A stretch of 64,000 nt of DNA from Neocallimastix sp. 'constans' (GCA_050613775.1 JBODTK010000144.1:310001-374000), one strand, 5' to 3'; counted from the first letter of the stretch, positions 1 through 13,404 are shown. The notes: generated by a model not told the origin, from the letters alone. Program-made: numbers and translations.

Positions 1-1793
1 ATTATTTTTTTATATATACTACTGGAATCGGTCTTCTTTTTAATATCATTTTTTTTAGAAGGTTGAAAACGTCTTGTAAAAATATTTATAGTACTATAAT
101 TATCACCTTTATTAACATTTGAATCAATATTTAAATTCCATTGCTGTGGTGTTATATTTTCTGAATCGTCTAATTTCATTTCAGAATTAGGGTTAGTAGA
201 AGCAATACTTAAATCATTAGTTTCATCGATGGACATATCATCAATAGTTATCACTGAATCTTCATGAGCTTGATTTTGACTTATTTCCGATAAATAAATA
301 TCGTCTTCATTTGTTTTGGTTTTGGAAGGTTCTTTTTCTTTTAATTTATTTTTGGTATGTGTTCCTATTGATTGTGATATTGATAATGAATGTAAGTTTT
401 GTGATGATGATGGTTGTATTGATTGAGAAAGTTTCTTAGATCCATCCTCATTAATTGGTGTAGTTTTAATTTTACTCTTTACCAATGATGGATGTGATTT
501 TAATTTAGAAGTTTCATGATAAGATTTGTTAAGTGATGCTAAAATGTTTGTATTTGACTTATCTTTTATATTTGAGAGATGATTTTGAGTTGGTGTAATA
601 TTTTGAGAATTAAAAAGATAAGATGATGACGATGAACTCGTACTTTCATGTAAAGAATCATTAAAAGAATTTAATAAAGACTTTTTTCCATAAGACACAC
701 CATCTAATTTATTTTTTGTATTTTCTTTTACTTTTGTTTTTTTCGTAGTATGATGCTCAATTCTTTGAGCTAAAACTTCAGCATTTTTAATTAAATCTTG
801 AATTCTTTTGGCTTGTGATTGTAATGATTCTATAGAATAATCCTCACTAAAATTGGTTACTGAAATATTTTCAAAATAATTATCTGTCATATTATTTCCA
901 CTAATTTTTGATAATTCATAATATGAATCATTGTTTATTTTTGTTGGTATATTTTCATATTCTGAATTATCAAGAAAAGAATTATTATTTAAATCATGTT
1001 CATAAATACTTTCAGATGAATAGGTATCATAATTTGTTGAACTTGCATTACTATTTTCAAATTTATTTATGACAATAACTTTATTATTATTTTTATCAGA
1101 TAAAGTACTTAAATAATTATTTTTTTGAATTAAAGGTTCTTTCCCTTTTATTCTATGACTAAATGCTTTTTCAAGTTTAGAAATTTTATTATGACTTTTA
1201 GATTTTTCCTTATTATTATTATTATGATGATTATGATTATGATTATTCATTTGTTTCTTTTGGAATTCTTTTAATTTATCAAGACGTTGTTTTATTTCAT
1301 TTTTTTTCTTTTCTTTATCCAACATTTCCTTTTTATGTTGCTCTTCACGAGCCTTCAATTTTTTACGCATAAAATCCCTAACTTCATTTACATTATAAGA
1401 TTTTGATTTTGGTTTTTCTGGTACAACCTGATCCAATTCTTCATGACTTTTTTTTCTATTTAATTTCTTTTCTTTCATATATTTTCTAATTTCTTCCTGA
1501 TCATAATATTTTTTTGGTTTCGTTATTTTAGATGTTTCAGCTTCTTCTACTATTGTTTTTTTTTGAGGTGAAGGATTTATTGAAATTTTATATTTTTCAT
1601 CCAAATTTGGTATCACTATTTCATTTTGAGCTGATATTCTTTTTCTTTTTCTTTCAGCATGATGAATTTCTTTTTTTTTTTCTGTTGATATTGATACTTT
1701 TTCGTTTTTTATTTCTGTATTGCTATCATTATTAATAATTTCTCTATGAGCTTTGTTAATTTTTCTTTCCCTCACAGGTTTCAATGATTGCAT
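1..1793 (-). CDS. Long K/S/N-rich, partly coiled-coil protein, 5' part (runs off the left edge); possible CEP350-like basal-body protein
   Basis: ATG at 1793 (MQSLKPVRERKINKAHRE...). The segments I translated by hand (near the start, 1261-1560 and 1-120) lie in one frame without stops, implying ~597 codons; it is missing from the ORF track, consistent with no stop in the window. Contains PKKYYDQEEIRKYMKEKK and KSYNVNEVRDFMRKKLKAREEQHKKEMLDKEKKKNEIKQRLDKLKEFQKK. The product assignment is tentative. Confidence 0.8.
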   Translation of the reverse strand, partial: MQSLKPVRERKINKAHREIINNDSNTEIKNEKVSISTEKKKEIHHAERKRKRISAQNEIVIPNLDEKYKISINPSPQKKTIVEEAETSKITKPKKYYDQEEIRKYMKEKKLNRKKSHEELDQVVPEKPKSKSYNVNEVRDFMRKKLKAREEQHKKEMLDKEKKKNEIKQRLDKLKEFQKKQMNNHNHNHHNNNNKEKSKSHNKISKLEKAFSHRIKGKEPLIQKNNYLSTLSDKNNNKVIVINKFENSNASSTNYDTYSSESIYEHDLNNNSFLDNSEYENIPTKINNDSYYELSKISGNNMTDNYFENISVTNFSEDYSIESLQSQAKRIQDLIKNAEVLAQRIEHHTTKKTKVKENTKNKLDGVSYGKKSLLNSFNDSLHESTSSSSSSYLFNSQNITPTQNHLSNIKDKSNTNILASLNKSYHETSKLKSHPSLVKSKIKTTPINEDGSKKLSQSIQPSSSQNLHSLSISQSIGTHTKNKLKEKEPSKTKTNEDDIYLSEISQNQAHEDSVITIDDMSIDETNDLSIASTNPNSEMKLDDSENITPQQWNLNIDSNVNKGDNYSTINIFTRRFQPSKKNDIKKKTDSSSIYKKI

Positions 1794-2212
1794 TATTTAT
1801 TACTATCTTAAGTTAAACTACGATTAACTCTTTAAAATATTAGTGTATGTATTTATTTAAATAGAAGTTTTCCACTGTTTTTATTTTAATATACTTTATA
1901 TTATATTTTTATAATAATTTTCATTGTTAATTTGAATAAAAACTTATTCCTCTTGTTTGTAATTAGAATAAAAGAGTTTCCTCTTTCCTTTTTAATATTT
2001 ATTTAGAGTTTTTTTATCTTTTTAATAATATGAATATAAATATATAAAGTTATACATTTACTTACAAAAAATTATTTTGAATTTTTAATGAATATAATTA
2101 ATATGAAAATTAAAAGAAATTCTTATAAATTAATTGAAATTAGCTTTAAATTCTTTCATAAATGAGTATAATATGAAAAATAATTCATTAACATTATTTA
2201 TACATATACATA

Positions 2213-2249
<37 letters not shown>

Positions 2250-2602
2250 CGATTTATATAATGATTAATATTGAATTGAACAAACAAACAAACAAACAAA
2301 AAAAAAAAAAAAAGGTTTTTAATAGAATCTTTAATTATAAATCGTATATCCTGTTTTGATGTCAGTATAATTAAATTTTTATTTTAAATTTTATTATTTA
2401 TAATTCATTTATTAAATATTATAAATATTATAATATTTAGAGATTATTAAAAATTAAGATATTTATTATTCTTTTTTGAATTAGTTGTTTTAATTTTACT
2501 TTTAAAATAGAAAATATTGTAATTAGTGTGAATATATATATAATATGTTTAATTTGATAATTATGAGATTTATATATTTGTTTTTAATAATAATTATTTT
2601 TT

Positions 2603-2665
<63 letters not shown>

Positions 2666-3143
2666 AGAATTTATTGTTAATTTATTATTTTATGTAAAAA
2701 TAATAATTATTTATTATAATTCTTCATGAACATCAATAAATTTTAATTTTTTATAAATCTTTTTTATAAATTTATAGTAATTACAATAACAATAAAAGAA
2801 TTAAAATAATATTCTAATAATGTTTCCTTAATTGTAATAAAGTAATTTTTAAATATATTATTAATATGTTTTATTAATAATAATAAAATAAAAGGTAAAT
2901 ATATTTTTTATAATTTAAAATTTTAATCAATAATAAAAAAAACTATATTTAATATTACTGAGTACTGAGTTTCATATTCTATATTAATTTTTTTTATGAT
3001 TTATTTGTCACTAAAAAATTTGTTGAAATATTTATTAAATCTGTTCAATGATTAGTTCAAAATTAAATTTTAAATATAAATTTAATTATAAATAAAATTA
3101 TAATATTAAAAAAGAAAAACAATAATTAAATCAATTTATATTA

Positions 3144-3234
<91 letters not shown>

Positions 3235-3330
3235 GCAAATAAACAAATAAATAAATAAACAACATATATATAAATGGATAAATGAATGAATGAATAAATA
3301 AATAAATATATATATTTATTTATTTATATT

Positions 3331-3706
3331 TAGACTGGGATTAACGATAGGAGAGGACAAAAGGTCCTTCAGTCTCTCATTGAATTCTTTGCAATACCTT
3401 TTTGGCATCTAGTCAGACTTCTCTCTAAACAAGGCTAATAGGAAAGACATTTCCTTTACACCATTTTATACGATTGCTTCTTTTCAGTGATCTCTTGAAG
3501 TATTATTGAGGGAGGAACAACTACCCTAATCCTTTACAGGTCAAGTGTACCTACACTAGTAACTTTATCTAGCAACAGGAATACTAACCATGGCGAGCAA
3601 ACACCAACTTCATTTATAGGGAAAAACACCTTAGGGAGATGAGAATCACACCGTAAAAATTCAGGAGGTAGTTACAGGATCTAGAAACCTCAAATAGGTA
3701 AGACAT
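3331..3706 (-). mobile_element. Short non-autonomous interspersed element (family B, copy 1), probable non-LTR/SINE-like
   Basis: GC-richer island colinear with 10063-10440 (e.g. GAGGGAGGAAC.ACTAC.CTAATCCT and TTCATTTATAGGGAAAA.CACC) and with 37008-37160. On the minus strand it ends CCCAGTCTA before an A-rich/(TAAA)n tract. Confidence 0.75.
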
Positions 3707-4051
3707 AATTAATAAATAAACATTTATATATAAATATATATATATATATGAATAAATAAATAAATATATATAAATCAATATATAAAATAAATATATATAA
3801 ATAAATATATATAAATAAATATATATAAATAAATATATATAAATAAATATATATAATTAAATAAATATATATAAATTATTCACATAATTTTATGTTATTA
3901 TAAAAAATATATTGTGATATATAATAATAAAAATTATTTCTAAGCCACGATGTTTTTTTTGTAATTTATTTTGTGAAACAATTGAATTAATTACTAGAAA
4001 TATTAAATATTAAATAAAGAAAAAAAATTTTTTTTTTGAATTAGTTGAAAA

Positions 4052-4210
4052 GAATATTTTTGAAGTAAAAGTTCATCAACATAATTGTGATATTTTTCAA
4101 GTGAATATTTTTGAAGTAAAAGTTCATCAACATAATTGTGATATTTTTCAAGTGAATATTTTTGAAGTAAAAGTTCATCAACATAATTGTGATATTTTTC
4201 AAGTGAATAT
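4052..4210. repeat. Tandem repeat, 3 x 51 bp
   Basis: GAATATTTTTGAAGTAAAAGTTCATCAACATAATTGTGATATTTTTCAAGT starts at 4052, 4103 and 4154. Confidence 0.95.
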
Positions 4211-6049
4211 AAGAAAATTAAAAAATTTTAAAATATATATCTTTAGATGGAGAACTAATTTGACAAAGTAGATAATGATTCTAAATGACCTTTCCCTAAA
4301 AACGTTTTATTATAATTATTATCAAGTTCATTTTCGTTATTACTATGTTTTACTTTTTGATGAATGTGATTTATTTTTAATATTTAGTGAATTCAATAAT
4401 TCAGTAATATTCATTATTTATAATATTTCTTATCCTATGTTTTATTTAATGTTTTTTATTTATTTATATATTTATTTTTTTCATATTTTCTATTCCAATT
4501 AAGAGAATCATTTTGTTGCTTTCTTAAAATGAATGTTTTTTTACTTTTAATAGATTTATTTTTACCATAATTGAGAATATAAATTTTTAAATTTGTTAAA
4601 TTTTACTTTGAGGAAATGTTTTATCACTTTCTTTAGATAATTATTCTGTTTTTGTAATTCGGTATTATTATCATCTTTTTCTTTTATTTAATTTTCAATA
4701 CAATCTTTTTATTTTCTATAATTATATAAAATTCAAAAAATTCAAAAGATTCGGAAGATTCAAAGTAATAAAATTTATCATTTATTTTTTAATTTTTATT
4801 TTCATTATTTCATTTCCATATTTAACATGTGATGTGTGTAGTGTGTAATAAATATTATGAAAAGGTATATAATTACGCCACATATTTGTTTCTTATAAAT
4901 ATTCATTGATTTATGTTAATTTAAGAATTTATAAATAAACATAATAATTTTAATTCATTAAAATTTTACTAATATTTAAAATTATCTTTTTTTTTTTATT
5001 TTTTTATTTATTTATTTTTTTTTTAAAAAAAAAAAAATATATATATATATATATTATATATATAAATAGAATTTAATATATTTTATTAATTTTAAAAAAA
5101 AAAATTTAAAATTCAGAAAAATATCAAATATATATTTAATATATATATATATTAAATACATGTTTTATAAATTATATATAAAATATAGATTGTTTAATAA
5201 AAGTTTAATTATTTATTCATTTGGAGGTTAATTAAAATTTAGATTTTTGGTAAATTTGATCATATATTAAGAATTTTTTTTTTTTACAATAATTCAATTA
5301 TTTTATATCTTTAACTCAAACATTTAAATAAATAATATATATTGATTACATTTATATATATGTATAAATTAAATTAGTTTTATCAAATTAATTGAAGTGT
5401 TATAAAGATAATTAAAAGTTCAGCTTTAATTTTTATATAATAATTATATAATTTTTATTATTTTAAAAAATAAATAATTGATTACAACAAAAATTTTTGA
5501 TTTTCTTTTTTATTATAAAATATATTTAATTATTATAAAATTTTTTTAAAAAAAATTTGAATAATTATTATTACTATTATTATTATTTTTTTTTTAAATA
5601 AATATTCAATAATAATTACTTTAATAATAATATAGTAATAATTAATTATAAAATTTTTTTCATATTTTCAAAATTTCAAAAATTTAAATAGTAATATTTA
5701 ATAATATATGTTCAAATACTTATAGTAATAGTTAAACTTTTGATTCTTTTGTCAATGAAATTAAAGTTCTCAATACTAAAGAAAAATTCGCATTATATGA
5801 AATGGTTTTTAAGTATAATAACTTATACTATATCTACATTGTTTTTAAGAATATTGATGTTTCAGTTCAAGCTTGTCGAAATTCAAAATTCAAAATTTAA
5901 AAAAAAAAAAAAAAAGGAGCTTTTAAATGGCTTTTAACTATGAATAACAGTTAATCTATATGGTCAAGATAAAGAAGGTGAGCTTTTAAATATATCATCA
6001 AGTTAATATGTGAATTATTATAGGCAGAAAGATAAGATGTAGTAATAAT

Positions 6050-8467
6050 TGCTCTAAAATGTCTACTTAACATTAATATCCTATCCTAATATTTCTTTAT
6101 AGTTATATTGACATGCAATAATTAATGGTATAAAATATTCAGTTACTTTATTGACATTAGCTCCATGCTCAATTAAATATTTAATCATCGTAAAATCTTT
6201 ATTTTTATATATAGAAATTACAAGGGCATATTGATGGCATTCTTAATTCATATTTGATCCATGTTCAACTAGATATTTTACTAGGTCCATATTTCTCTGT
6301 TTACATACCATTATTAAAGGTTAAATAGACTTTTTTCTTTTTCTATTATCATTATAATATCTTTTTACCTTCTTTATTGACATCAGTACCATTCTTTATT
6401 AAATATTTTATTAATGTATTATTCTCATTTTTGTAATAATCAAGAGTTTAGTAATATATTTAGTTCTTTTACATTCCTCAGATTCTAATTTAAAATTTAT
6501 TATTTCAAATGCTTTTATATTTTGATAGAAATTTTTTATTTTTATTATAAAGCAATAAATTTTCATAAACTGCTCAGTTATCAATGTTAACGTCTTTAAA
6601 ATGTTTAAGTAACATATCAGTATACTTAGGTTTATATGTATATAGACGTTTATTGTAGTACTTATTGTATAACCAAACTGAACTAGATTTAGAATTGGAT
6701 AAATTATTTCTGGGATATTTCCGCAATATCTGATTATCGTCGAATTTTCAAACAACTGAAGAATCCTTTTTTTCGCAATTTTATTTGCTGCTAGTAGACC
6801 TTGTGGTTGAAGAAATTATCTCTAAAGATAATGCCGTTGATTCCGATATCTATTTTGTATAAATAAGATGACCTTTTCGAAGTAATACTTTATTTCTGCG
6901 GATGTTTTTGTTTTATGATCTTTATAAAGCAATTTGCGGTTCAATATAATCATGGAGTAATCACAGCAATAGGTCATTTATCCTTTCATAAACAATTGTC
7001 CAATATTAATTTTATAGACATCATATAGTCAATAAGTGATATATTTGCTTGCAACCCATTTAATTTCACCTGAATTGGAAATCAAATTTAATTTTTATTA
7101 ATTGAAACAAAGAAATATAAATCTTCCATTTACAGTATTCCCAATACAAAATATATTGATCATTGCTTAATGTTATATCTCCTAAAGGCAATAAAAATAA
7201 TGAAAAAATAAGATCATCATTCGTAGTATATTCAGACAAATCAAATTCGTATTTTTCACTATTATCATCACTATACTGATAAGTTATTATATTATTAAAT
7301 GGTGAGAGAGAGATACTTTATTATCAATATTAAGATCTTCATTATCAAATGTAATATTAAATGACTATAGGAATATAGTGAGTAAAGTTATCATCTGAAT
7401 ATCCAACGCTAAATTGGAAGTTTTTAGGTAATGAATTCCAAATAATATATTTAGTTTCTTCTGAAGATATCGTTTCATTAGTTGCTCGTGTATTGGTTTC
7501 TGAGGATGTGTTGAATGATGTAGCTGTAATAATGTTAATATTTTTATCAAGATTCAATCTATCTGTAATTTCATTGATTATATATTTATCAATTATTGAT
7601 TCTATATAGTCTTTATAAATTTTGTCTATTCTGTCATCTTGTCTTTCATATGTGTACTTGACAATTCCTTTATGTTCTTTTTAAATATATCTAATATCTT
7701 CATTGTTAGAATGACCTCCTATATATTTTTTGAAACTTTGTCCACTATTTTTGATAACTATTATAATATTCAATGAGTGTATTGTATTTTTCTTGGCTTG
7801 TTAAACTTTTAAAACCTCCATAATTTATATTTTCTAATGTTCTTTCAATATTAATTCTTTAATACACACTGATTCGTTAATAAATGTCTTTACTATTTCT
7901 TTTGCGAATACATAGGTTGCTTATTTTTTTCGTTTCTGCATCAGGATTTTTATAAGTTGCTTTCTATTTGTAAGTAACTTCCTAAGATAAACTTTTAATA
8001 GTTATTCTTCATTTATATTTGTTTTTTCATTTCATCTTTTACTAATTTTTCTTTTATATATTCATAAAAAAATATAACTGTTATGTAAATCATTATTATA
8101 TCCTTCCAGCTTGTCTTCATTTGAATACCCTTTATATTTTAAATATTCTTTATAATCTGAAATCAAATCATCATATATTTCATTATATCTCGTATATCTA
8201 GGTCCTTAATAATATATCAATTTCACTTTTTTTTTTTTAACAAATCTTTTTTTTATTTAATATCTCCTCTATTTTCTGTTTCAAAGTTTCTGTAATATAA
8301 TTATTTTTCTTTATTGATGATAATACTCCGATAATAAATAATGGAATATTAGTTTTAAGGTTATTATTATCTTGTTGGTCAATTTTTGTTTTTATTTTGT
8401 CCATAATAGTAATAGCTTTATCCTTTATACTTTCAAGATCTTTTAAGTTACTTTTTATTACTTCACT

Positions 8468-8514
<47 letters not shown>

Positions 8515-9688
8515 TAAATTTTGCTACTTCATCTTCAATCGTGATATAATTATCATTACCCTAGGAACATAAAATATTATTTTCTGATTCTGCTACACGA
8601 CTATAAGTATTGCCACGTAATTGATCGGTGTTACCACTAATTTCATAAGATCATGAATTATATTCAATTCTTCTTTTTTAATAGTTACTTCACAATTTGA
8701 AATTATAGGAATAACTTTTAGCCATTAGGGGGGCCTTTTGACCTTTTGCAGTATCCTTGTAAAAATACCATCAATAGTTCTTAATGACACCTGTATTATT
8801 TTAGCATTTGAATAGTTATCATTTTCTCTATCCATAATATATTCATTACTATTAGGATTACATGAAAGGGTAAATGAATAAATTATTTTTACAATAAATC
8901 ATGCAGTTTCGCCATTATTATTTCATATATATACATCTACTCTGTTCTCAATTAAATCTTTTACATGAATTCTGTCATAGGTATAATACATTATTCATAG
9001 ACACAATTCATATAATATCCATAATGACAATGGCTCATATTTTTATTAAAATGATTCGAAACATTTACATTTGTTCCATATTTAATTAAATATTTTATCA
9101 TTTTTCATTTTCATCTATATACAAGTTCTAATCAAAAAATTATGTCCATCAGAGTTATTGCTATTAAAAATTCTGTATTTTTTATTTACAACTGTTTTAT
9201 TTAATGTTGTAACAGATATAGGTATATTTTATTTTTTATAAAGATAGCAAAATTTATAATGATACCATTATCATAAAAAGTCATCCAGTTCTTATCCTGG
9301 GTTGTTAGGTCGTTGGCTTATCATACCAAAGGTCTCTGGATCGACCCCCACAAGTATCATATCTTCACGATTTTTCCCTTTGGGTTTTGCGTGAAAGGTT
9401 AGGGGTTAAACGATACTCAGGTAGGTATACTTTCTAAGTTTTCTATATTTCTAACACTATTAGAATCCCATTGCGTAAGCCTAGTCTGAGAGGATTTACA
9501 GTGTCCAGCTCCTCTGGGATGGCAAGGACGCCACCTATAGTTGGCTCTGCTTTCCCTCGAGGATCGCGTAGGGTGCTTCTATATGGAGTTTCTTTGCTTA
9601 TGGGGAGTTGAGAGCGTCGACGCCGTACCGGTATGGCAGTTAATCATACACCCATATTACTATATGGGGAAGACCAAAGTCTTCAGTC

Positions 9689-9737
<49 letters not shown>

Positions 9738-9900
9738 ATTATCATAAAATTTTAATTTTATAAAAATTTCATTTAATAAATTATGTTATTCAATTAGATG
9801 TTCATATATCAATAAATTTCTTTTTAAATGTGAAGAAACCTTTAAATAGTTATCATTTTTTAAAATGAATTGAAGCCAATACTCCTACTTAAATATTTAA
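6050..9900 (-). pseudogene. Decayed ankyrin-repeat protein gene(s), interrupted by a SINE
   Basis: Minus-strand ankyrin-type peptides MIKYLIKYGTNVN and LIENRVDV..NNNGETA (~8900-9110), and GTDVNKE, VEHGSNMN, LIEHGANVNK (~6140-6400). These are separated by coding-like but stop- and frameshift-riddled sequence. Boundaries are approximate. Confidence 0.65.
9279..9734 (+). mobile_element. tRNA-derived SINE with poly(A) tail and 15-bp target-site duplication
   Basis: TSD ACCATTATCATAAAA at 9264-9278 and 9735-9749; poly(A) ~9692-9735. tRNA-like head TTGG-CTTATCATA-CCAA-AGGTC-TCTGGATCGACCCCA (anticodon arm, AGGTC variable loop, T-arm/B-box-like). The 3' part is homologous to the LINE ORF end. Confidence 0.85.
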
Positions 9901-9989
9901 TTACTTTTAAATGTGAAGAAACCTTTAAATAGTTATCATTTTTTAAAATGAATTGAAGCCAATACTCCTACTTAAATATTTAATTACTT
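9822..9989. repeat. Tandem duplication, 2 x 83 bp
   Basis: TTTTAAATGTGAAGAAACCTTTAAATAG...TTAATTAC starts at 9822 and again at 9905. Confidence 0.95.
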
Positions 9990-10042
9990 CTAAATATTGT
10001 TTATTAATTGTTACTGTTATCTATCTGTATTTCATCTTCTTC

Positions 10043-10440
10043 TTTTTTTTTTTTTTTTTTTTTATACTGGGATTTAAGAGAGGTGAGGACAACAGGGCTT
10101 CCAGTCTTTCCCTTAAACATTTAAGACTCTCACTGAATTCTTTGCATACCATTTTACGACGTTTTATACGATTGAATTCTTTTCAATGATTTCTTGAACC
10201 ATCATAGAGGGAGGAACGACTACACTAATCCTCTCACAGATCAAGCACGCTCAACACTAGCAATTATATAGTCAAGCAATAAGAATACTTATCATGGCTA
10301 ACAAATACCAAATTCATTTATAGGGAAAAGCACCCTGGGAAGGTGAGAATCCCCTATATAAATTCATGAGGTAATTTCCAATCGATCCAGAAAACTCATG
10401 TGTGTTAACCATCTAGATAAAAACTAGAAAGACTCATACT
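10043..10440 (-). mobile_element. Short non-autonomous interspersed element (family B, copy 2) with poly(A) tail
   Basis: Colinear with 3331-3706. The minus strand ends CCCAGTATA followed by poly(A) (poly-T at 10043-10063). Confidence 0.75.
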
Positions 10441-10509
10441 TAAATTAATAAATAGTTAATAAATAGTAATAAATAATAAATAATTAATAATTAATAATAA
10501 ACTATATAT

Positions 10510-10885
10510 AATAAATAATAAATAATAAATAATAAATAATAAATAATAAATAATAAATAATAAATAATAATAATAAATAATAAATAATAAAATAATAAAT
10601 AATAAATAATAAATAATAAATAATAAATAATAAATAATAAATAATAAATAATAAATAATAAATAATAAATAATAAATAATAAATTATTTATTATTTTTGA
10701 TGTATTTTTTAAAAAAAGTAATAATAAATAATAAATAATAAATAATAAATAATAAATAATAAATAATAAATAATAAGTAATAAGTAATAAATAATAAATA
10801 ATAAATAATAAATAATAAATAAATAACTAATAATGAATATTTAATAATAATTTAATAATATAATATAATAATAATAAATAATAAA
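10510..10885. repeat. (AATAAAT)n heptamer microsatellite
   Basis: Direct inspection. The same motif forms arrays at ~24690-24890, 37230-37510, 42900-43560, 52620-53080 and 56680-56780. Confidence 0.95.
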
Positions 10886-12506
10886 GTTTCCTTATTTTTG
10901 AAATGTTTATTATTTCGATAAATTATTTAATAATTTATATAGTATTAATATATGGTAGGACAAAAATGAATATATTTAAATATATTATATTACATTGAAT
11001 AATATATTTGAGAGTATTACAAAGTTTTTTTATGGTAATTTATGAGGATATTTATGTTTAGGAAATAATATTTAATATGAACATGACTTTTTTTCATTAA
11101 TTAATTTTTAATTATTTTATTACTCAAAATGTTTATGGAAATGCAATATAAATATAATTAATTAAATTAAATTCTAAATTTAATCCATTATATAAATAAA
11201 TAAATAAACAAATAAATAAATATTTATCTCATATTTATATTAAAATAATGGGGAAAAAATCCTATAAATGACTATTTTTATATAATTTATTAGATGAATT
11301 TATAAAAATAGTTTTATATATATATATAAACATATATTTATATTTTATTAAATAAATATTATTAAAAAGAAAAAAAAGAAAAAATTATTTTTATAAATTA
11401 TTTAATATATTATCATTGATTTATTTAATCTTCTATTGAACTTTAAAAAAAAAAAAAAGAAAAAAAGAAGAGTATATAATATATATTAATATTAAAAAAA
11501 ACAATTTGTATAGTAATTAACCATGAATTAACCGTTCATTATATATATTACATAATTAACAATAAATAATAATTAATAACGAATAAATAATTAATAATTA
11601 TACCATAATCACTAGTATTCAATCACTAATAATTAGTAAACAATAATTAATAACAACAATTGATATTAATAATAAAATTAAAAATAATTTACTTACTTCA
11701 ATATTATAGAAAAAAAAGAAAAAAATGAAAGACCATTTATATACTTATTATATAGAAAAAAAAAGAATTTTACCCTTAATAATTAATATTTGTATTATAT
11801 AACTTTTATTCATTAAACATGTATAATATTCTCTATTAAATTATGCTAATTATCAAATATTATTATTTAAAAATATTTATATTTATATTTATAAAATATT
11901 TCTAATTATATTCTATAAATATTTGATATTATTAGTAAATATAAATAATGTTCAATGGTATTTATTATTATTATTAAATTTTAATAAATTATGGATATAT
12001 GCTTTTTTATTATTTTTAATAAAAATAATATAAATATATAATATATGAATTAATAATAGTAATGTAACTCTAATCATTAATTAATTATTTTATATATAAT
12101 AATAATTTTTTATTATTTTTTTAATATTTTTTTATTTTTTTTTTAAAAAAAATAGAGTTCCAAAAAAATAAATATATATATAGAAAGAAGTTGAATGAAT
12201 TAAAATTTTCAAGCAAATATCAAAAGAAATATTATATGAAATAAAATAATAAATATTGTACAATTTATTAAAAGTATAGAAATACGAAAGCTTTTTTTTT
12301 TTTTTTGTTACGCCATTATTTTAAATTTAATTTTAAAAATAATTAAGAAAAGAAAAGAAGCTTCAATTTATTTTTAATTTATAATTGTTATAATTGTATA
12401 AAATAATATATTTGAAATATAAAATATAAAAAAAGAAATTGTAGAGTATATTACTTAAATTTAAATTATTAGAATAACAAAGTTACAATAATTATTAAAT
12501 AATTAT

Positions 12507-12890
12507 TATAAAAGAAATATTCAAATTATCTAAAATATCAAGTAACCGAAAATCGAAATCATATAAAATAAAATAAATAAAAAAAAGAACAAAAGAAAAA
12601 TAAAAGTATAGAAATAATTAAAAAGTACAATAAAATAAGTAAGTAGTAAAATACTATATAAAATTAATATATAAAATTAATATTTTATATTTTATAAATA
12701 AAAAAGTATTGGGTTATAGAATTGATAATTAGTATAATGAATAAAAAAATTATTTAGATTAAATATTTATTTTGTATATATAAAATTAATTCAAATAATA
12801 CAATAATATTTTATTTAAAAAATTAAATAATACAATATAGTATAATATTTTATTATTAATGTTATATTTCCATCATTTTATATAATAATA

Positions 12891-12923
<33 letters not shown>

Positions 12924-13404
12924 AAATAAAATAGTAACCGAGAAAGAAAAACATAAATTATAAAAGATATATTCAAATTATCTAAAATATCAAGTAACCG
13001 AAAATCGAAATCATATAAAATAAAATAAAAAAAAAGAAAGAACAAAAGAAAAATAGAAGTATAGAAATAATTAAAAAGTACAATAAAATAAGTAAGTAGT
13101 AAAATACTATATAAAATTAATATATAAAATTGATATTTTATATTTTATAAATAAAAAAATTATTTGGTTATGGAATTGATATTTAGTATAACGAATAAAA
13201 AAAATTATTATCCATATTATATATTCATTTTGTTTATAAAATTAATATAAATAATACAATAATATTTTATTTAAAAAATTAAATAATACAATATAGTATA
13301 ATATTTTATTTAATCAATTTTATTAATGTTATATTTCTATCGTTTTATATAATAATAATAATAAAAAAAAACTAAATAGAATAGTAACCGAGAAAGAAAA
13401 ACAT
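12507..13404. repeat. Tandem duplication of ~450 bp upstream of the 13762 gene
   Basis: TATAAAAGA.ATATTCAAATTATCTAAAATATCAAGTAACCGAAAATCG starts at ~12507 and ~12959; both units end GTAACCGAGAAAGAAAAACATA. A further 2 x ~55-bp repeat follows at ~13433-13528. Confidence 0.9.

Noticed and set aside
9300..9355. Functional tRNA gene
   Set aside because: No convincing acceptor stem, mismatched anticodon stem and ambiguous anticodon; it is the head of a TSD-flanked SINE.
9665..9692. Helitron-type 3' end (hairpin then CTAN)
   Set aside because: The element has poly(A) and a 15-bp TSD, and the same terminus occurs on LINE copies; Helitrons make no TSD.
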